Part shown: piece after piece, positions 36,883 through 49,082 of the stretch
Numbering within the stretch: the stretch's first letter is position 1
Layout of the letters: every line of letters starts with the position of its first letter
Source: Bradymonadia bacterium
GTDB lineage: Bacteria; Myxococcota_A; Bradymonadia; UBA7976; UBA1532
NCBI GenBank assembly: GCA_046290225.1
Contig: JBKAGE010000034.1
Span: 32,001-96,000, forward strand
DNA length: 64,000 nucleotides
Direction: 5' to 3'
The notes under the pieces: generated by a model
The model's database searches: none
What the model was told of the DNA's origin: nothing
What the model saw: only the letters and a program-made list of their open reading frames with translations
Made by a program: the position numbers and the translations under genes

Positions 36883-38022
36883 ATGGACGCCTCGAACGCC
36901 GTCACTGAAGCCCACGCCCCTCCAATTTTGGAAGACATCCGGCTGAAGATGCGCCGCGACTGGGATCGACGGGCCCAAGTGGATGCTCAGTACTGGGTCG
37001 CCGCCACAGCAGAGGCCGACGCCTCCAGCTATGATGCCTCGGCTCGACGCGACGTCAATGAGCTGGTCGGACATTTCTCCGGCAGGCTGGAGCTGCCCCG
37101 CAGCAACATCCTCGATCTGGGGTGTGGGATCGGGCGCCTGTCCGCCCCGCTCTCAGGGCTGTGCCGCTCGGTCACCGGGGTCGACGTCTCCGACAAGATG
37201 ATCGCCGAAGCCAGGCGTTTGCATGGTGGGGTGAGCAATCTCGATTTCATCACCACTTCAGGCGCAGATCTCCAACCGCTCGCCAACGGGACCTTCGACG
37301 CGGTCTTCAGCTTCTCGGTGTTGCCTCACCTGCCGCCGGACGTCGTCAGTTGCTACTTCACTGAGGCAAACCGTGTGCTCCGCGAGGGTGGATGGTTCAT
37401 TTATCAGTTCTGGGTGGGTCCGGAGCGGCCAGCGGCAGAGAACGACACGCTCACCATCAGGGTGTACAGCGAAGAGCAGCTCGACAAACTGCACAGCGAC
37501 AACGGCTTCGTCATCGACACCATCATGCAGATGGACTACTTCGATCCGGTCCTCGAGTTGCACCCCGTCTGGATCCTGTCTCGCAAGACCCGCCGGTCCG
37601 AGGCTGCCCTTCTCTTCAACCCCATGCGCCCCGCAGAGGCCTCCGAGACCGAGCAGAACCTCGAATCGGGCCTGCTGGTCTATCTCGCGGTGAAACATGG
37701 AGAGCGGGGCGAGATCCACGCCGCAGAGAAAGCCCTGGCCAAGGCCCTGGAGCTCGATCCCAAACGAGGCGAGGCCTACATCCAATGGGCAGGGCATCGA
37801 CTCGACGCCGGCGATCTCGAGGGGGCCTTCGATCTCTTCGAGCGCATGGTGCGGGTGTTGCCTGACATTCCCGTGGGCTGGCTCTATCGTGCCGAGGCCG
37901 CCCTGGCCCTGGGCAAACGCTCGCTCGCTCAGGCTTCGCTGGACCAGCTGTTCTCCATGAAAGATTTGCCCGGAGACGTGAAGGCCCACGGAGAGCGCAT
38001 CCAGATCAGGATCGAGGGTTAG
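36883..38022 (+). CDS. Class I SAM-dependent methyltransferase with C-terminal TPRs
   Basis: ILDLGCGIGR, GVDVS, FDAVFS, RVLREGG; TPR-like AEKALAKALELDP. Confidence 0.82.
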   Translation: MDASNAVTEAHAPPILEDIRLKMRRDWDRRAQVDAQYWVAATAEADASSYDASARRDVNELVGHFSGRLELPRSNILDLGCGIGRLSAPLSGLCRSVTGVDVSDKMIAEARRLHGGVSNLDFITTSGADLQPLANGTFDAVFSFSVLPHLPPDVVSCYFTEANRVLREGGWFIYQFWVGPERPAAENDTLTIRVYSEEQLDKLHSDNGFVIDTIMQMDYFDPVLELHPVWILSRKTRRSEAALLFNPMRPAEASETEQNLESGLLVYLAVKHGERGEIHAAEKALAKALELDPKRGEAYIQWAGHRLDAGDLEGAFDLFERMVRVLPDIPVGWLYRAEAALALGKRSLAQASLDQLFSMKDLPGDVKAHGERIQIRIEG

Positions 38023-39473
38023 CGGGCAGCGAGGGCATCCAGCGTGCGTTGGTGGATGCCGCCAAAGCCACTCGACGACATGAACACCACGACATCCCCT
38101 GCCTGCGCATGCTCCACAAGATGCTCGATGATCTCCTCGACTGTGGCGCGGTAGATCGCTGATGCACCCCGCGACTCGATGTCGGCCACGAGCTGATCAA
38201 CGTCGAGCTTCTCTTCGTCAGCCAGATTGTCCTTCTTGATGTAAGGCCTCGCGAACACGACCTGGTCCGCGGCATCGAATGCCTCTGCGTAGGCCTGCTG
38301 GTGCACATTTCGGCGGGCGGTATTGCTCTTGGCCTCGTAGATGGCCCACAGGCGCCTGCCGGCATAGCGGGCCTTCAGAGCACGAAGAGTCTCGGCGATG
38401 GCCGTGGGGTGATGGGCGTAGTCGTCCACCACCAGCACACCCGAAGCCTCCCCCTTCTCCTCCTGGCGCTTTTTAACCCCGGTGAACCCCGCCAGGGCCT
38501 GGGAGAGCTGTGCCACACTCAAGCCCAGCTCCAAGCCCACACCAAAGGCAGCCAGGGTGTTCCAGATGTTGTGGCGCCCCGCGAGAGGCGAGACGATGCG
38601 GCCAAGCTCGCGGTTGTCCTTGACCAGGGTGAAGGCAAAACCAGCGCCTTCGGGGGCTTCATCCACGGCCCGCAGGCTGGCACCGGGCCCGAAACCGTAA
38701 TAAGTCACCCGGCCACGGGCGAGCTGAGCCCGCTCCACCACCAGCGGATCATCGACATTGGCGAGCAGGTGGGTGCGGGGGCCGAGCTGCCCCATCAGCC
38801 GCTCGAAGTTCTCAATGATCTCAGCGAGATCGTCATAGATGTCTGCATGATCAAATTCGATGTTGTTCAGCACACACGTCTGGGCGCGGTAGTGCAGAAA
38901 CTTTGGGCCCTTGTCGAACCACGCCGTGTCGTACTCGTCGCCTTCCACCACAAAGGGGCCACCCTCGCTGCCGATCAGATAGGTGGCATCGAAGTTGTGG
39001 GTCACACCGCCGACGAGCATGCCTGGCTGAAGACCCCCAGCGTGCAACAGCCACGTCGTGAGCGCTGTGGTGGTGGTCTTTCCATGCGTGCCCGAGATCA
39101 CCACCGGGTGCCGGCTTCGGAGAAACAAATCGCTGAGCGCTTGTGGGAAGGACACGGTGGCCAGTCCACCCTCGTGGGCGGCGACGGACTCCGGGTTGTC
39201 TCGCCGACAGACGTTGCCCACGATGACGAGATCAGGACCCCAGCCGAGATGGTCAGCGTGCCAGCCTTCGAACCAGCTGATGCCCCGGCTACGGAGCACA
39301 TCGCTCATGGGTGGGTAGACGTTGAGATCAGACCCTCTGACCTCGAACCCCGCTTCCTGAAGCATGCAGGCGAAGGCCCCCATTCCTGCCCCGGCCACAC
39401 CGATCAGATGGACCTTCTGCACGTCAGTGGGCATTTCTCGACGGATGTACCAGGGCTGGTGTGGCTTGGTCAT
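38019..39473 (-). CDS. mpl: Murein peptide ligase Mpl
   Basis: GSDLNVYPPMS, GTHGKTTT, EGDEYDTAWFDKGPKFLHY, EFDHADIY, DDYAHHPT. Confidence 0.92.
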   Translation of the reverse strand: MTKPHQPWYIRREMPTDVQKVHLIGVAGAGMGAFACMLQEAGFEVRGSDLNVYPPMSDVLRSRGISWFEGWHADHLGWGPDLVIVGNVCRRDNPESVAAHEGGLATVSFPQALSDLFLRSRHPVVISGTHGKTTTTALTTWLLHAGGLQPGMLVGGVTHNFDATYLIGSEGGPFVVEGDEYDTAWFDKGPKFLHYRAQTCVLNNIEFDHADIYDDLAEIIENFERLMGQLGPRTHLLANVDDPLVVERAQLARGRVTYYGFGPGASLRAVDEAPEGAGFAFTLVKDNRELGRIVSPLAGRHNIWNTLAAFGVGLELGLSVAQLSQALAGFTGVKKRQEEKGEASGVLVVDDYAHHPTAIAETLRALKARYAGRRLWAIYEAKSNTARRNVHQQAYAEAFDAADQVVFARPYIKKDNLADEEKLDVDQLVADIESRGASAIYRATVEEIIEHLVEHAQAGDVVVFMSSSGFGGIHQRTLDALAAR

Positions 39474-39524
39474 GGGGCTCCTCGAGGTGGGTGATGAACG
39501 GCCTCGAGGGGCATTATCACCGCA

Positions 39525-41186
39525 TCATCCCCAAGGACCTATTCTTTGCCCTTCGACCTCCCGCGAGGTCGGCAGCCCGATCGGCTTATGGGGGGTGGCC
39601 TCGACCTGAAACAGCTCGTCGGTGCTGTTTTCCTGTGCAGGAAGATGGTGACTCCACCAGCGCTCGGCAGCACGCTCCGACCAGGTGAGCTTGAGGGCCT
39701 CGAGCGCGCTGCCGAGGGCCCGCACACTGGCGAACCGCTCTGCAGGATCCTTGGCGAGGCACCTTCCGATGATCTCATCCAGAGCCTGAGGCATCTCGAA
39801 TTCGCTGAACTCAGAAGCCTTTGGAGGCTCAAGCTTCATGTGCTGGCTGATGAGCTCCATGGCGCTCCGACCTTCGAAGACAGGCCGACCTGTGAGCATG
39901 AAGAAGGCCACACACCCGAGGGCGTAGATGTCGACTGAGGGGCGAATCACCCCTTCGAGGGCCAGCTCTGGGGCCATATAGGTCGGGGTGCCGATGACCG
40001 CCCCTTCCTGAGTGAGTCGCACGTCGCTCTGCAAAGCCTGCTCTGCCTCGAGACCCACGAGGCCAAAGTCGAGGACCTTTGCGAAGTCGTGAGCCCCACC
40101 ATATCGGCACACGAAGATGTTCGCGGGCTTGACGTCGCGATGCACGAGGTTGCGGTGATGCGCCTCGGCGAGTGAGCGGCAGACTTGCGCGAGTATGTGC
40201 ACCGCTCGGGCCGGAGGCACTGGGCCATAACGGTTGATCAAAGTCTCGAGATCGAGGCCGTCGAGCAGCTCCATCACGTAGTAGAACCGCCCATCGGAGA
40301 CCCCGAAGTCGTACAACGCCACCGTGTGGGGGCTCTGCAGCGCCGCCGTAGCCTGGGCCTCACGCTCGAAGCGCCGCAATAGGGCGGCGTTGGCCAGGGA
40401 GCCCCCCTTCTCCGGTCGAATGAGCTTCACCGCCGCCGGCCGGGCGAGGAACCGATGGCTCGCCCGCCAGACCTCACCCATGCCGCCCTCTCCGAGCTTC
40501 TCTTCGAGGCGATAGCTGCCCATCTCGCTCACCACGGTGAGCTGCACCCCCATGCGATACACCATGCGGGAGAGCACGAGGCTGGTGAAGAGGATGGGGA
40601 TGAGAGGTACGAGACGATCCATCAACGCCGCCTCGGCGGGCATGGGCATGCCGAGCTGTACGTGCACCCAAATCGCCAGCGGATCTGCGGCGAGAGTGAG
40701 TGTGGTGGCGATCATCATCTTGAGGGGCGGTCCGGGGATCACCAGCGCGAAGATGAGGGCCCACAGAGCCGCTGGGGTGAAGCCTGGCAGAATGACGTCG
40801 GGCCACGGCCCGGCGTTGGTCAAGAAGGCCACCTGCATGGCCCCGAGCACCTGGTAGATGTAGCCGAGGTCGAGCACCCGGGCATGGCTCAGGCGGTCGG
40901 TCCGGCTCAGGCGATACAGCGCAAAGCCCGCCACGAGCGTGAAGACATGAGCCCCCACGTGCATCGGACCGAGATCCAGATGACGGGCCGCGGCGATGCG
41001 GTGCATGAAAGGGTTGCCGAAGATGGCGAACCCCAAGATGAACGCCGCTTTGATGATGATGGAGATCAGGCACACCGAGCCAAGCCGGTGGACGGCCTTC
41101 TGCATCAAGTCGGGCGACCACGAGCCGGTGAGGCCGGTGATGCGGGCAGTGGCCGCCAGCACAGGTTTGATGCCAGAGTTGCTCAT
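39525..41186 (-). CDS. Ser/Thr protein kinase with N-terminal multi-TM domain (paralog of 30611-32335)
   Basis: MGSYRLEEKLGEGGMGEVW, HRDVKPAN, DFGL, GTPTYMAPE. Confidence 0.92.
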   Translation of the reverse strand: MSNSGIKPVLAATARITGLTGSWSPDLMQKAVHRLGSVCLISIIIKAAFILGFAIFGNPFMHRIAAARHLDLGPMHVGAHVFTLVAGFALYRLSRTDRLSHARVLDLGYIYQVLGAMQVAFLTNAGPWPDVILPGFTPAALWALIFALVIPGPPLKMMIATTLTLAADPLAIWVHVQLGMPMPAEAALMDRLVPLIPILFTSLVLSRMVYRMGVQLTVVSEMGSYRLEEKLGEGGMGEVWRASHRFLARPAAVKLIRPEKGGSLANAALLRRFEREAQATAALQSPHTVALYDFGVSDGRFYYVMELLDGLDLETLINRYGPVPPARAVHILAQVCRSLAEAHHRNLVHRDVKPANIFVCRYGGAHDFAKVLDFGLVGLEAEQALQSDVRLTQEGAVIGTPTYMAPELALEGVIRPSVDIYALGCVAFFMLTGRPVFEGRSAMELISQHMKLEPPKASEFSEFEMPQALDEIIGRCLAKDPAERFASVRALGSALEALKLTWSERAAERWWSHHLPAQENSTDELFQVEATPHKPIGLPTSREVEGQRIGPWG

Positions 41187-41291
41187 GGACTCAGACTAGC
41201 GCCACCTGCCCTTCACCCCCAGGGCGGTTCACACGAGTTCACAATCGAATTGGCGGGGTGCGCCTGCGATGTGTGGCGTGCAGGCGCGCGC

Positions 41292-42161
41292 TCAGCGTTT
41301 CAGGGTGGTGCGACGCAACAACTGCTTCAAACCCTCTCGGTGCTGGCTCAGCTCGGCTTGTTCCGGGTGGGTGCTCTCCAACGCACGCAGCTGTGCGAGG
41401 TCATCTTGGAGCTTCCCTCTCGCCTCGTCGCTTTCACCAAAGCGCAGGTACATATACGTCCGATGGCGGATCGTGTTGACGAGGCTCGCGGTGAGGCGGC
41501 GCTGCCCGGGCCACTTCGTGACCAGCTCCGTCTTCAACCTGACCGCCTCGGCGAAGGCCGTCACAGCAGCCTCGCGATCTCCCAGACGGCCAGCAGCCCG
41601 GCCCAACCGGTGGAGCGAGCGGGCCAGGCCATGCTGGTACATACGGGTCGGGCCCTCCTCATCGACGAGCTGAAGTCGGATCTTCTCGGCGGCTTCCGCA
41701 TGTTCGAGGGCCAGATCGTTCTTCCGCGCCTTCAGCGCCAGATCTGCGAGGTGATCACATGTGTCGGCGAGCTCATGACGCGCCCTGGGCCCAGGCTCCT
41801 CGCTGAGGAGGTCACGGGCCTCGGTGTAGTGCGTCCGAGCGTCTTCGAGGTGTCCCATGCGCGAGGCTGCGTGTCCGAGGGCGTTGAGTGCCCTGGCGCG
41901 CTGTCGATGGGCTTCGAGGGAGCCCTCGTCGGCGTAGAACGTCTCCGCCAGATCGACAGCATCCTGGCCTGCCACGAGGGCGGACTCCAGCTCACCGGCC
42001 TTCCGGGCAGAGATGCTCTCGCTGACAAGGGCTCTGATCGATGCCCGAGTGTCGGTCTCTATCTCAGGCGCTGCGAGGGCCACAGTGGCCACGCCAGCGG
42101 TCATCCCCAACGTGAGTGCCCACGTTCGCAGAGAAGAACGACGGGTGATGTGCATCGGCAT
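41292..42161 (-). CDS. Exported TPR-like protein
   Basis: Signal peptide (TRRSSL...ALA); TPR-like ARALNALG and ARSLHRLG; start placed at ATG 42161 after GGAG. Confidence 0.65.
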   Translation of the reverse strand: MPMHITRRSSLRTWALTLGMTAGVATVALAAPEIETDTRASIRALVSESISARKAGELESALVAGQDAVDLAETFYADEGSLEAHRQRARALNALGHAASRMGHLEDARTHYTEARDLLSEEPGPRARHELADTCDHLADLALKARKNDLALEHAEAAEKIRLQLVDEEGPTRMYQHGLARSLHRLGRAAGRLGDREAAVTAFAEAVRLKTELVTKWPGQRRLTASLVNTIRHRTYMYLRFGESDEARGKLQDDLAQLRALESTHPEQAELSQHREGLKQLLRRTTLKR

Positions 42162-42432
42162 GATCTCTCCTGAGCAGTGCAAGGCCGTAGATGAATCAAT
42201 CGGCGCGATGGCCCTCACTTTGAAGTGACCAAGCCACCTTCGTGATGAGCCTCTGGTCAAGTGTTGTCAAGATGGTGCCCCGAAGGCGCAGGCCAGATCA
42301 TCTACCACAAGAGAAGAAACCTTCGCTCTGCAGGGATGTCGTTGTCCTGCGAGCAGGTTTCGCCGCCTTCTGGGAAAGTCGTTGCGCAGCGTGGGTAGAC
42401 TCGGCACCATCACTGGCATTTCCACCAACGGC

Positions 42433-42448
42433 CTGAACCCATGTCCAG
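42433..42448. promoter_or_regulatory. Putative LexA (SOS) box, Myxococcus type
   Basis: CTGAAC-CCAT-GTCCAG imperfect palindrome, close to the M. xanthus consensus CTRHAMRYBYGTTCAGS read on the reverse strand; upstream of uvrA. Confidence 0.55.
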
Positions 42449-42545
42449 CCTGCATCACTCCGAGCATCGCGGTGGAGAGGACGTCTCCAGTGCATCCGAC
42501 TCCGCTGCATCTGACTCCACCCCATCCGTCGAGGTCAACGTCAGC

Positions 42546-45428
<2,883 letters not shown>

Positions 45429-45461
45429 GGCTACGAAGGCTCACCAGCCCATCGGCACCGG

Positions 45462-45827
45462 TCAGCCCCCCGTGAACTGCTTCACCAGCGGCTCACCGGT
45501 CTGCTCTTCGAGGGCCTTGAAGTGCTGGATAAGATACCAGACATCGATGGGTTTGAGGGCGCCGAAGGCCACGCCGAGCCCTGTCGACTCGGTGCCACTG
45601 GCTCGACCCCATCGCACCTCCCCTTCTCCACGGACCGTCATGCCCGTGGTGGGCAGCTCGATCTCGAAGTCGACGTGGGTGCCGAAGTCGAGGACCAGGG
45701 GGGTGTCGAGGGACATCCCCCCCATGCCCAGATCACGCGTTCGGCACGCGTGGCTTTCTCCGGAGTAATTCAGCCGAACGTGCAAATCACTGGGGAGTCG
45801 ATTGAATCTTCGTCTCTCGTCGCTCAT
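45462..45827 (-). CDS. PilZ-domain protein
   Basis: ERRRFNR (RxxxR), DLGMGG, GEVRW, GLGVAF. Confidence 0.8.
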   Translation of the reverse strand: MSDERRRFNRLPSDLHVRLNYSGESHACRTRDLGMGGMSLDTPLVLDFGTHVDFEIELPTTGMTVRGEGEVRWGRASGTESTGLGVAFGALKPIDVWYLIQHFKALEEQTGEPLVKQFTGG

Positions 45828-45851
45828 GCGCCTTCCTCTGCCGCTCGCGCG

Positions 45852-46436
45852 TCATGGACTCACCGTCTCACGGGCCTGACGCGTCTGACGTGCGTCTTCG
45901 AGGATCTGCCGGACGGCCCGACGATCATCAGCCCGTGGAAACAGCTCGAACAAACGGTAGCCTGACTCTGGATCGACGATCCTGGGGATGAGGAGTCGGG
46001 CTGCCTCGATCTGCTCCCTGCTGAATGCGAATCGTCCGACGATCTCTCCAACTTGAGCCACAGTGAACGCTGACTCTGCAGCTGCCTCGGAGAGCACCCT
46101 CAAACGGGCCCGATCTTCCGGCGCTTGATCGAGGGCGTCGTACAATGCCTCGAAGCCCTCTTCGCCCAACGCTGGCGGCAGTTTGGTCGTGGCCGAAGGC
46201 ACCCCCATCCAGCGCCCGACCCGGCGCCTCAAACGCTGCAGCCGCCTCATGGTCGAGGTCTTCCGGGACCCCCTCAGGCGAGCGATGTCTCCCTCGAGGG
46301 CCTCCAGATCCGCATAGAGCTGCTGCACGTCTCCCCGAGTCGGGGGCGCAGCGCTGGCTTCGCCGATGTGGCCGAGGGCAAGGGACAAGGCCACTGCGCA
46401 ACACAGGTTGAGGGCGAAATTCTGGTGAGCGTGCAT
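45852..46436 (-). CDS. Exported DUF4476-domain protein
   Basis: Signal peptide, coiled coil, then FEAL...FTVAQV..F.FS.EQIEA...IVDPE. Confidence 0.7.
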   Translation of the reverse strand: MHAHQNFALNLCCAVALSLALGHIGEASAAPPTRGDVQQLYADLEALEGDIARLRGSRKTSTMRRLQRLRRRVGRWMGVPSATTKLPPALGEEGFEALYDALDQAPEDRARLRVLSEAAAESAFTVAQVGEIVGRFAFSREQIEAARLLIPRIVDPESGYRLFELFPRADDRRAVRQILEDARQTRQARETVSP

Positions 46437-46454
46437 CCTGGCGCCTCCGGTCCG

Positions 46455-46484
46455 TTGCACCTATCTTTCGTCGAGTTCTACAAT
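46455..46484 (+). promoter_or_regulatory. Possible sigma70 promoter of the Cys-rich lipoprotein
   Basis: TTGCAC-18 bp-TACAAT. Confidence 0.35.
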
Positions 46485-46525
46485 CCGCCGGAATTTTTCT
46501 GTCGGCCCCATCTGAAAGATCTGCT

Positions 46526-49063
46526 GTGAGCAAGCATCCCATGCCCACCCGCGCCCACCGCTGCCTGCCCGTTCTCTGCCTGCTGATGTGGGCACTGCTC
46601 GGGACCACCGGGTGCGCCACCTCTGACGACGCCTCGGCATCAGGGGCCGACGCCAGGGCCCCCCGTGGCACGGCAGATGCCGGCGGCCGCACCTGTGAAG
46701 GCGACGGTGACTGTGAGGGTGGTGTCTGCCTGCCCTCGGGTCGGTGTCAGTTTCCAGGAGGCGCCTGTGCCTCCGAGGGGGACTGCATTGCCGGGGAGCG
46801 TTGCCTCGATGGTGTGTGCACCCCGCTGGCGGTGGGCTGTCAGACCGGCACGCCCTGCGCTGACGGCACCTACTGCGACACCTCTACAGGTGACTGCCTG
46901 CCCTTTGGCGCCCCACCCTGCACACCGTGTGAGGCCGATGGCGACTGTGGTGACGGCACAGACCGCTGCATCGAGCTCGCCGAGGGCCGGTTCTGTGGCG
47001 CGCGGTGTGATGCCAGCACACCCTGTGACGCAGGCTTCACGTGTGATCCGATCAGCGAGCAGTGCCGGCCGTCGAATGATCGATGCACACCGGTGAACCC
47101 ATGTGACGACATCACCTGCGCCGAGGGTCAGGTGTGCGATCCTCTGGTGGCCCGCTGCGTGCCAGCGTGTGATCCCGCCGACGATCGCTGCCCTGCGCCT
47201 ACGCGATGTCAGGCCGACACGGGCCTTTGTCGTGAGTGTGCTGGAGATGAGGACTGCGTGGCACCAGCGACCTGTGATCCGGTCCGCGGTCGCTGCCGAC
47301 AGTGCATCGCTGACGCAGACTGCCCTCAAGGCTTCACCTGCGATACGGCTCGGGCCCTCTGCATTCAGTGCGACGAAGACACCGACTGCGCCGAGGGCGT
47401 GTGCAACCCGGTGACCTCTACCTGTGTGCAATGTGTCAGCGACGACGAGTGTCAAGAAGGCGTCTGCGAGCCGGAGCAGAACATCTGTGTGCAGTGCCGC
47501 AGCCGGGCTCAGTGCCCCAACGGCCAGGTCTGTGATCCGGCGCGCAACCTCTGCGTGGCCTGTGTCATGGACGGCGACTGCCCTGGAGGCAATGTCTGCG
47601 ATGGTGGTGAGTGTGTGGGTTGCCGCGGCCCCGAGGACTGTGGGGGCCGTCCCTGTGACCTCAACACCCGCTCCTGCGTGGCCTGCACCACCGATCAGGA
47701 CTGCCCGGCGATGAACGGCGCCGCTGGCCGCTGTGACCCGGCCCGAAGCGCGTGCGTCCCCTGTCTCGAAGACGACGATTGCGCAGCCATGGGCGGTGGC
47801 CCGGGCCGGTGCACACCGGATCGTCGATGTGTCGCCTGCGGGAACGACAACGACTGCCCTGGCGTCTGTCTCGACCAGACCTGCGTGGACTGTCGCGTCG
47901 ACGACGACTGTCCGGGAGACACGCAGTGCAACGCCGAGCGCCGGTGTGTGGGCTGTGCGGACGATGACGACTGCCCCAACGGCCGCCGCTGCCGGGACAT
48001 GCAATGCCTCGACTGCCTCGCCGACAATGATTGCCCCAACGGCCGCTGTGACGTGGATCAGGGCCGGTGCGTGGCGTGCATCGCTGACGCTGACTGCCAA
48101 CGGCCGGGCTCTCCTGGCCCCCGATGTGACGTCGCCGCTGGGGCGTGTGTCACCTGCCTCGCCGATGCTGACTGCCCTGGGACTGACGGGGGCGTGGGCC
48201 GCTGCACCCCCGAGCGCACCTGCGTGCCTTGCCTCGGGGACGATGACTGTCCCAATGGTCGGTGTCGGCTCGAGGACAACCGCTGTGTGGATTGCCTCGA
48301 AGACGCCCACTGCCCCGCAGGCAATGGGGGCCGGGGGCGCTGTGATCCCAACCAGCAATGCGTGGTGTGCCTCGGCCCCGGGGATTGCTCTCCAGGCTTG
48401 CTGTGTGATCGAGCCCTCGATCAGTGTGTGGCCTGCATCACCAACGATGACTGCCCCGGCGCCTGTGATCCCGACGTTCGGGTGTGCCGCAACTGCTTCG
48501 CCGATTCAGACTGCCCAGGGGCTCAGCGCTGCGATCGGGAGCGTGACCGCTGTGTAGAGTGCCTCTCGGACCAACAGTGCGACGAAGATGACGCCCCCTA
48601 TTGCGATCTCAATGCGGGCCGATGTGAGCGCTGTGTCGTGGACCAGCACTGCCCAGGTGGTGTCTGCTCTGATGAAGACCGCATCTGCGTCGGATGCGAG
48701 ATCGATCAGGACTGCCCAGCCCAGCGCCCCTACTGTCTGGACGCCTTCCTGAGCTGTGTCGAGTGTCGCGCCGACGGTGACTGTGGTGGTGGTCGGGTCT
48801 GCAACGAGCTGGCGGGCATCTGTGTGCTGCCTGGAGACATTTGTCGGGCTGACGCCGACTGTGGTGAGGGGCGGACCTGCGATGATCTCTTGCAGCGTTG
48901 TCACAGCGCCGACGGCAGCTGCGTCACCGACGCGGACTGCAGGCCCAACCACGCCTGCAACCCCATCTTGCGGGTTTGCACGGGGTGTGGGCTCCTGCCC
49001 TTGCCTCTCCTGTTCTGCCCGGACAGCCAGATCTGTCTGTTCGACATCTGCGCTCCCCTGTAG
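46526..49063 (+). CDS. Lipoprotein made almost entirely of Cys-rich repeats (CxxCxxDxDC)
   Basis: Lipobox TTGC; more than 20 degenerate C-V-x-C-x-x-D-x-D-C-P-G..CD units. Confidence 0.85.
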   Translation: MSKHPMPTRAHRCLPVLCLLMWALLGTTGCATSDDASASGADARAPRGTADAGGRTCEGDGDCEGGVCLPSGRCQFPGGACASEGDCIAGERCLDGVCTPLAVGCQTGTPCADGTYCDTSTGDCLPFGAPPCTPCEADGDCGDGTDRCIELAEGRFCGARCDASTPCDAGFTCDPISEQCRPSNDRCTPVNPCDDITCAEGQVCDPLVARCVPACDPADDRCPAPTRCQADTGLCRECAGDEDCVAPATCDPVRGRCRQCIADADCPQGFTCDTARALCIQCDEDTDCAEGVCNPVTSTCVQCVSDDECQEGVCEPEQNICVQCRSRAQCPNGQVCDPARNLCVACVMDGDCPGGNVCDGGECVGCRGPEDCGGRPCDLNTRSCVACTTDQDCPAMNGAAGRCDPARSACVPCLEDDDCAAMGGGPGRCTPDRRCVACGNDNDCPGVCLDQTCVDCRVDDDCPGDTQCNAERRCVGCADDDDCPNGRRCRDMQCLDCLADNDCPNGRCDVDQGRCVACIADADCQRPGSPGPRCDVAAGACVTCLADADCPGTDGGVGRCTPERTCVPCLGDDDCPNGRCRLEDNRCVDCLEDAHCPAGNGGRGRCDPNQQCVVCLGPGDCSPGLLCDRALDQCVACITNDDCPGACDPDVRVCRNCFADSDCPGAQRCDRERDRCVECLSDQQCDEDDAPYCDLNAGRCERCVVDQHCPGGVCSDEDRICVGCEIDQDCPAQRPYCLDAFLSCVECRADGDCGGGRVCNELAGICVLPGDICRADADCGEGRTCDDLLQRCHSADGSCVTDADCRPNHACNPILRVCTGCGLLPLPLLFCPDSQICLFDICAPL

Positions 49064-49082
49064 TCCCCCGCTGAGGATTGCA

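Noticed and set aside
42241..42411. Known riboswitch or hammerhead ribozyme (GTGATGAG, GGTGCC, GGGAA fragments)
   Set aside because: Core motifs of SAM-I, cobalamin and hammerhead (CUGAUGA) RNAs are not present in the right order; kept only as an unclassified structure.
46680..48960. Periodic sequence that might be a repeat array
   Set aside because: Degenerate protein-level Cys repeats within one ORF, not a DNA repeat-spacer array.
46526..49063. Calling this traA
   Set aside because: No N-terminal PA14-like domain, no MYXO-CTERM tail and no adjacent OmpA-family traB.
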